A DNA stretch of 19,935 nucleotides from positions 1 to 19,935 of the forward strand of contig NIVC01002004.1 in NCBI GenBank assembly GCA_002269645.1, given 5' to 3'. The notes below the pieces were generated by a model. It saw only the letters and a list, made by a program, of their open reading frames with translations, was not told where the DNA came from and made no database searches. This DNA comes from Macrostomum lignano. Its lineage: Eukaryota. Below are positions 14,273 to 19,935 of this stretch, one piece after another (within the stretch, counting starts at the first letter, position 1; the number at the start of each line of letters is the position of its first letter). Both the position numbers and the translations under genes were made by a program.

Positions 14273-14327
14273 GACTCATAAGAGCTGATCATATAATTAT
14301 CATTATCATATCAAGTCAACAACCCAC

Positions 14328-14761
14328 CGCCATTGTCACGCCGGGCCTTAGCAACGATTCTCTCGCCAGATCGAGCGGGATCTCTCGAGTTCCTTGAGTC
14401 CCTCGAGTCCCGATAGTCCCTTGAGTCCCTCGAGTCCCGATAGTCCCTTGAGTCCCTCGAGTCCCGATAGTCCCGCGAGTCCCGCTGCCTAGATGAATAG
14501 GCTGAAATAGAGTCGCTATACAGAGTCGGCCCGAGGTCATCGGCAGCGGCAGACGTGGAATGGGCCTCGGCTTTTCTCACTGGGCCGCCCGACTGACTGG
14601 CGTTTGATGAGGACGCGGCAGCCGATGCTGGCAGCTTCAGGACGCCTCGGTAGGACAGCGGGCCGGGGCCGCTGCCCTGCCGACTGCGGCGCCTGTCCTC
14701 CTCTTGGTGCCGCTCGCGGTGCCTCGGGGAATCGTCAGGTACTCGACTGCGGCTGGGCCAC
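14328..14761 (-). CDS. Internal exon encoding a low-complexity R/D/S-rich region with RDSRDY repeats
   Basis: GC-rich open frame between acceptor ATTCTCCCAATTCCATTCGCTGTCAG|G (14761) and donor G|GTGGGT (14328). Contains a coding 27-bp (3x9) repeat at ~14385-14482. No recognisable domain. Confidence 0.55.
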
Positions 14762-14799
14762 CTGACAGCGAATGGAATTGGGAGAATAGCATCCATTCA

Positions 14800-14831
<32 letters not shown>

Positions 14832-14900
14832 CTCTGTCTGTCTGTATGTCTGTCTGTCTATCTATCTGTCTGCCTATTTATCTATCTACTATCTATCTAC
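14800..14900. repeat. (TCTG)n-(TCTA)n microsatellite
   Basis: Directly visible. Confidence 0.95.
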
Positions 14901-14901
14901 C

Positions 14902-15758
14902 TGCAATTCTAGATGCAAAAATTCGAGCTGTCACCTGTGTGAACAGCATGGTCAGTTTGGCCAGGTCTGCCCAGGCTCCAATGCCACTAAAATGGTCTAC
15001 AGAATCAACCAAAAACTCCGCTGTGACTCCAGAGACGTGGTCTATGCGATTCTCTGTAAGACTTGTAGTGGCCACTGCGGCTACATTGGGGAGACAGGTG
15101 GTACTCTCAAGGTCAGAATACAAGCCCACCTGAGCGACATCAGGTTAGAAAAAAAGACACGCCAGTGTCGAGACCTTTTAACTCCGCCAACCACAGCCTT
15201 CATGACCTTCGCTTCATGAGCCTATGGTACCTGAGCACTGAGTGCAAAGCCGACAAAAAAAGGAGCCCAGCGCCGTAGAAGGGACATGGAACAAAAACTG
15301 ATCGGCTTGCTTTGCACCCGTTTCCCAAGTGATCTCAGACCATGCACGTGAACTGGACACTGTGACGGTGTACACCAGATCGCGCTCGATTCAAGACATT
15401 CCCTGTCCGTCTAAGCTGCCTACTCTCACCATTGCCACGCCGCAACCCATTTTCAGATCAATAAACTGCAACTACATTGTACATCCTGCTCAATTAGGAG
15501 CACAACGTGCGGCCCAGCACCCATCGGACTTTTAAACCTAATCAAACTGACAGATTTTTATCTCTCGCATTTATTAACTTTCTCGATTTTTTTCTTTGTA
15601 GAAATTTAAACTAAATCGAATTATAAACTTTACTTTTCGACCCTGACTAAGGCCAGCCAATAGGCAGAAATATTGGTCGATTTAAATAAGTTCGATTTGA
15701 CTAATCACTAAGAGAATCCGACTCTGCGTGCGTGGCTTTGCGTTGGCATTCGGCTTTA
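14902..15758 (+). mobile_element. 5'-truncated Penelope-like retroelement: Cys-rich linker plus GIY-YIG endonuclease (frameshifted) and a 3' pseudo-LTR with hammerhead remnant
   Basis: CKNSSCHLC...CDSRDVVYAILCKTC...GYIGETGGTLKVRIQAHLSDIR. Continues after frameshifts as DTPVSRPFNSANHSLHDLRFM...RRDMEQKLIGLLCTRFP, typical of PLE endonucleases. A hammerhead motif lies ~290 nt downstream. Confidence 0.88.
15637..15680 (+). ncRNA. Degenerate minimal type I hammerhead ribozyme (HHR1)
   Basis: TCGACC-CTGACTA-A-GGCC-agccaata-GGCA-GAAA-TAT-T-GGTCGA. Perfect 6-bp stem I and palindromic stem III (ATAT), but the core has G8->U and the 10.1-11.1 pair is broken, so it is probably inactive. Confidence 0.7.
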
Positions 15759-15759
15759 C

Positions 15760-15835
<76 letters not shown>

Positions 15836-15838
15836 ATT

Positions 15839-15911
<73 letters not shown>

Positions 15912-15914
15912 ATT

Positions 15915-15963
<49 letters not shown>

Positions 15964-15966
15964 ATT

Positions 15967-16003
<37 letters not shown>

Positions 16004-16006
16004 ATT

Positions 16007-16079
<73 letters not shown>

Positions 16080-16082
16080 ATT

Positions 16083-16171
<89 letters not shown>

Positions 16172-16174
16172 ATT

Positions 16175-16249
<75 letters not shown>

Positions 16250-16260
16250 GTATGTCTATC
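15759..16260. repeat. (CTAT)n microsatellite, ~500 bp, with periodic TATATTTC interruptions
   Basis: Directly visible; explains the IYLS-repeat ORFs. Confidence 0.99.
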
Positions 16261-16265
16261 TACTA

Positions 16266-16830
16266 CGTATATTCTGACTCTGAGCAAGAGCGCTTTTTCT
16301 GCAGCTTATACTACAAGACGTACGACTCTACTACGACTACAGCTACCACCACCACCACTACTACTACTACTAATATTGCTACTACTACTAGTACTACTAC
16401 AACTGCTAATAATAATAATAATAATCTACAACCGATCGGCAATGCCCAGCCGCCTGTGTCCAGAGGCTGTGCAGGCGGCGATCTGTGACCAGACGCCGCA
16501 AACCGCGACTCGTGGCCTGACTGGCTACTTAATTTAATTACTGTATATGTGTTTAAAAATAAAGGCCAGGAGCTGGCCGAAATATCGGTTTTTTCAAATG
16601 CTCGACAACTGACAAACTTCAATTAATTCCGTGTGCGTGGTTGCAGTTTCAAACTGCCTTTTGCATTTCTTGTACCCAGGACCCGACTATTGAGGCTCGT
16701 CGTGTTTGTCGACAAAACCTTCCACGTATATTCTGCCTCCGCTAAAAATCTACTCAGGACCATAATGAGCAAGAGCGTTATTTCTGCAGCTGATACAAGA
16801 CGTACGACTCTACTACGACTACGACTATGA
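16266..16830 (+). repeat. Direct repeat pair (16266-16339 and 16726-16825), the first followed by (ACC)(ACT)(AAT) trinucleotide runs
   Basis: Both copies carry CGTATATTCTG...TGAGCAAGAGCG.T.TTTCTGCAGCT.ATAC...AAGACGTACGACTCTACTACGACTAC. Confidence 0.85.
16556..16594 (+). ncRNA. Hammerhead remnant lacking the CUGANGA box (HHR2)
   Basis: A-GGCCA-ggagc-TGGCC-GAAA-TAT-C-GGTTTTTT: perfect stem II, GAAA, ATAT stem III and a C at the cleavage position. The upstream AAAAA-TAAAGG looks like AAAAA[CCCTGA]TGAAGG with the core deleted (inference). Confidence 0.5.
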
Positions 16831-17119
16831 CTTTTCTCTACGAGAGTCACGATCCGTTCAATTCCGTAGTCGCAGGGTCAAACTGCCTGTGACCATGAGG
16901 CTTGGCACGGGAGGGATCTTTGCTCAGACTTTCCCACCTGCTACAAGCAAGTCATCTGCTCATCAAGTGTGGACCAATGTCTATGAGACAGTCCGTCGTA
17001 TCTGAATAAATATTTCGCACTATATTCACCAGCATTTCTCTTTACTTGGAAAACTCTTTTATTCGAGAGAGCATCCGAGTAGCTAAATGTTAATCAAGCA
17101 TGTGTATCATGATCCAACT

Positions 17120-17480
17120 TGTCTGTGTGTCCGTTTCCTGGAGACACGTATGTTGTTTGCTGTTGAATGGGCCATAATTGTGTCCGTTTCCAAGATCGTT
17201 CGTGTCCTGAACGCCGAGGTTCGCTTCCTTGTCCGTATTAATGTCCATTCTCCAGTCCGTTTTTATCGATGGCAATTATGTCCGCTTTTTTGTCCATTTA
17301 AGTGACCGCTTCGTTGTCCGCACAACCCGGACAAAAAAGCGGACGAAGGAAACGGTTTTGTGCGGACAGGAAACGGACAGAGGCGGAGGACAACCCCAAA
17401 ATATGTCCGTAAACGTTACCCTTCCTCCGTTTTTTTACCACTACGAAAATAGGCCCAAACGGACACATTCCGGACAAATT
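17120..17480. repeat. Imperfect inverted-repeat (foldback/MITE-like) segment rich in TGTCCG / CGGACA
   Basis: Perfect 16-bp IR GTCCGCTTTTTTGTCC (~17280-17295) / GGACAAAAAAGCGGAC (~17329-17344). TGTCCGTTTCCTG (~17127) is the reverse complement of CAGGAAACGGACA (~17367). No TSD or TIR identified. Confidence 0.55.
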
Positions 17481-17656
17481 GGACTTCTGATCTCCGATAA
17501 GACTATAAAAACGGGATTATTTTTACCCCGGCACGCGTTGCAACGTGACCGCCCAACCATATTGATCATTTTATTTTACTCGTGTCTTTCTATACTACCT
17601 GTAAACACTCAACTCTGCTTTAATTTGTCCGTTTGTAATGATTATTTAATATTATA

Positions 17657-17691
17657 CCCTGATGAAGACCCTGTTCGGGTCGAAAATTTGG
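17657..17691 (+). ncRNA. Minimal type I hammerhead ribozyme with intact core (HHR3)
   Basis: CC-CTGATGA-A-GACCC-tgttc-GGGTC-GAAA-ATT-T-GG. Canonical core, perfect 5-bp stem II and palindromic AATT stem III; stem I is only ~2 bp. Confidence 0.75.
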
Positions 17692-19405
17692 CTTTTTCTT
17701 AGAATCTAATTAAAGAAATTGTGACTTTGCTTCGACTGTGTGTGTGTGTGGTTTCGTATTATCTTCTTCCGGGACCAGTGCAGCAATCTCACAGTTTCGC
17801 TATGCCGCCCAAAAGCCGAAGCTGGTACAGCTCGCATCACCGCGAAGCAAGAGAACCTCAACAATCGGATAGTCGTCCACAAGGCCAGCACTACCAAGGT
17901 GGGCGATCGACTATGAGACGACTACCTCCACAACACGGCCGACAGTATGATCGCCAGCGTGACTGCGATGTGCGATCTAGAAGCCGCCATCGCCCAAGGA
18001 CAGGACGGAAGGCGACCGGCAACAGCTTTGGAATGCAGGGGGGGGGGGTCGCTGACGATCGCCGCGCCCGGAGTCGCCCGCCAAGTCGTGCTGCTCACCA
18101 CCTGGAAAATAGGCAGGTGACACAATCCGCGATGCGTAATAAGTCTCAGCAGCTGAAAACGCCAATCCGGCCTGCCATGCCTACGGAATCTACAAAATCG
18201 CGGATTGCTGAGAATGCCGAACAATGTGGGAGGTCAGCACGCTGGACACAATGCAGAGCCACTACGAGATCAGCATCCATCATCTAGCTGCTGGACTACT
18301 GGAAGCCAGGGAGGAAAAACCTCGGCAGAAGATTCAAGCTGCAGCCCTGATCTGCTGCAATCCCGGCTGAAAAGCATGGCCAGCAAGTTGAAGGTTCCCC
18401 AAAGAAACTAAACCAGCTCTATGGGGTTCCCATTTTAAACCTCTTGTTTGAGGTGGTGACAAACAACAGGAAATTGTCCCTCCGGCCTTTCAACGGGCAT
18501 GGAAGAATCTCCAAACTGACGGGACTTTAACGAGGAACCGAGCATGCTAAGCCATACGTACCGAGGACAACCAAGCTAGCTCGCCTTTTTATCCGATAAC
18601 AGAGCCGTTTAAGGGGCTCGATACGCAAATGCAGAATCCAGTTTCCAGTGACCAGGGCTGGACACGGGGGTGGACTGTGACCAGGCATCCCTAGCTGCTG
18701 CTGATAGCAACAACATGAATGCCAGCCAGGCTAACTATTCCGACTCTTTTGCGACATCCACCGACAATGATGCAGTTCTGCAGAGTGGATTTGCCTGCAT
18801 GTACATTCAAACGGCTAACAATGATTTGATTTTTGAAAAAGACGAAAATGTCTTTCTGGTTAGAATGGATGTTAAATGCCTGCACACTAACATTCCCACT
18901 GATAAGGGGCTTGCCAACGAGATAGCTAAAAACTTTGATAAACTACAAAATAAACCAGGCTCGCGCATACTGCCCGCACTTACACGGCAACGTAATGTAC
19001 AGAGCCTCCTGGCTCCCAATAAATTTAAGTCTCAGCCAGGAAAAAAATTGAATCATTTTAACCAATGCGCTCACTTTACCCTATTGAAGTACAATATTTA
19101 TTCACTTTGTCATTTATTTTATCCAAACTACTTGATTGTACGCACAAATATCGATTTTTATGCTCCTACCCTTAATACCGGCATTTCATCTAATCGTATA
19201 GTACTTCGAAAAAAACAATTTTTATATAATAAATATACTATCGATTAAAATGAACGGTGGAAAGCCTCTGGGACAAGTTAGAGCTAGACAACACAGGGCT
19301 TTAAATGTACATTCCTCATATGTACAACTACTCATCAATTTTATCAGAATAAGAAAAATAATTTACTTAAAAGACCAACTTGCATTGCATTACACACAGA
19401 TTTTT

Positions 19406-19443
19406 GGCCTGACGAAGAGCCCAGAGGCTTGAAACCGGTAGCC
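19406..19443 (+). ncRNA. Minimal type I hammerhead ribozyme with intact core (HHR4)
   Basis: GGC-CTGACGA-A-GAGCC-caga-GGCTT-GAAA-CCGGT-A-GCC. 3-bp stem I, 5-bp stem II (G-U at 10.1-11.1) and palindromic ACCGGT stem III; predicted cleavage after A19440. Confidence 0.8.
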
Positions 19444-19490
19444 TATTTTCTAAAATAATATTTTTATACGCCGTGACCTCTCTTCTCTCT

Positions 19491-19935
19491 CTACTTCCCA
19501 AGTCAAAGCACAAGCATGGGAAAGGCTTTTGCGCCATCCTACTCCAACATCTTTATGTCTGCCTGGAAATCCAAAACTTTAAAAGCAGCCCCGTTTACCC
19601 CTTGTTTCTTCAAGCGCTACATTGACCACATTTTTATGGTTTTCGTTCGTCGGCACTGAAGTCGAACTAAAGGAGATGCACAGGCATCTGAATGAATTTG
19701 ATAGCAACATCCGACTCACGATGCAATACAGCAGACAGAAGATTCAATTCTTGGACTGCGGTGTCAGTCTGACTGACGGCAACAATAACAAGAGACTTTC
19801 GTGTTCTATCTACCTCAAACCCACCGAGTCGCGCCAGCTCTTGTATCCGGGTATTTTCACCCAAAGCACACTTTTAAAGGTATACTGAAATCTCAGATCC
19901 TCCGTTAGCTCGCCGTTGCAAATTTAAAGTCAACT
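19491..19935 (+). mobile_element. 5'-truncated Penelope-like RT pseudogene (motifs B, C, E and thumb), running off the window
   Basis: TSMGKAFAPSYSNIFM (ATG 19516) and KRYIDHIF (YIDD->YIDH), then after frameshifts IQFLDCGV...IYLKPTES...HPKHTFKGILKSQILR*. These are characteristic PLE RT motifs. Confidence 0.9.

Larger units (their letters stand above)
17657..19490 (+). mobile_element. Internally deleted Penelope-like element: HHR, decayed N-terminal ORF (ATG 17802), RT motif A fragment, post-RT linker, then a 3' HHR
   Basis: FLVRMDVKCLHTNIPTDKGL (18853-18912) resembles the PLE RT motif LVTMDVxSLYTNIPxxxGL. It is followed almost directly by LPALTRQRNVQSLL, which resembles the PLE post-thumb linker. 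Multiple stops and frameshifts are present. Confidence 0.7.

Noticed and set aside
5990-16537. Long repetitive ORFs (SSLLSHIFSLP, SQWSPLSLSGRP, WIKGELRDH, MSDTYFS, CHSDRWSD, YPLPSPL, IYLS)
   Set aside because: They are translations of tandem repeats that lack stops in some frames; there are no splice, domain or composition signals.
17525-17570. Helitron 3' hairpin
   Set aside because: The palindrome resembles Helitron ends, but no CTRR terminus follows at the expected distance on either strand.
18670-19248. 192-aa ORF as an intact gene
   Set aside because: It is a mosaic of a PLE RT fragment, linker and AT-rich non-coding tail; annotated as part of the decayed element.

Overview
Eukaryotic (intron-containing, very repeat-rich) animal DNA. 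The GC-rich, low-complexity exons and minisatellite-filled introns resemble flatworm genomes such as Macrostomum, but that is inference only. Contents: (1) a ~4.3-kb (ACTA)n microsatellite ending exactly at the branch point of a + strand terminal exon that encodes FN3 + transmembrane + low-complexity tail; (2) a convergent - strand, three-exon, ~367-369-aa type II pantothenate kinase-like gene that has lost the Gly-rich ATP-binding motifs; (3) two further - strand exons encoding an RD/RS-rich region, either the end of an upstream gene or an N-terminal extension of the PanK-like gene; (4) at least seven unrelated minisatellites; (5) from ~14.9 kb to the end, a stack of decayed Penelope-like retroelement (PLE) pieces (GIY-YIG endonuclease, split RT) with four co-oriented minimal hammerhead-ribozyme motifs. 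Most ORFs in the supplied track are artefacts of tandem repeats. All family assignments come from motif recognition by eye; no database searches were run.
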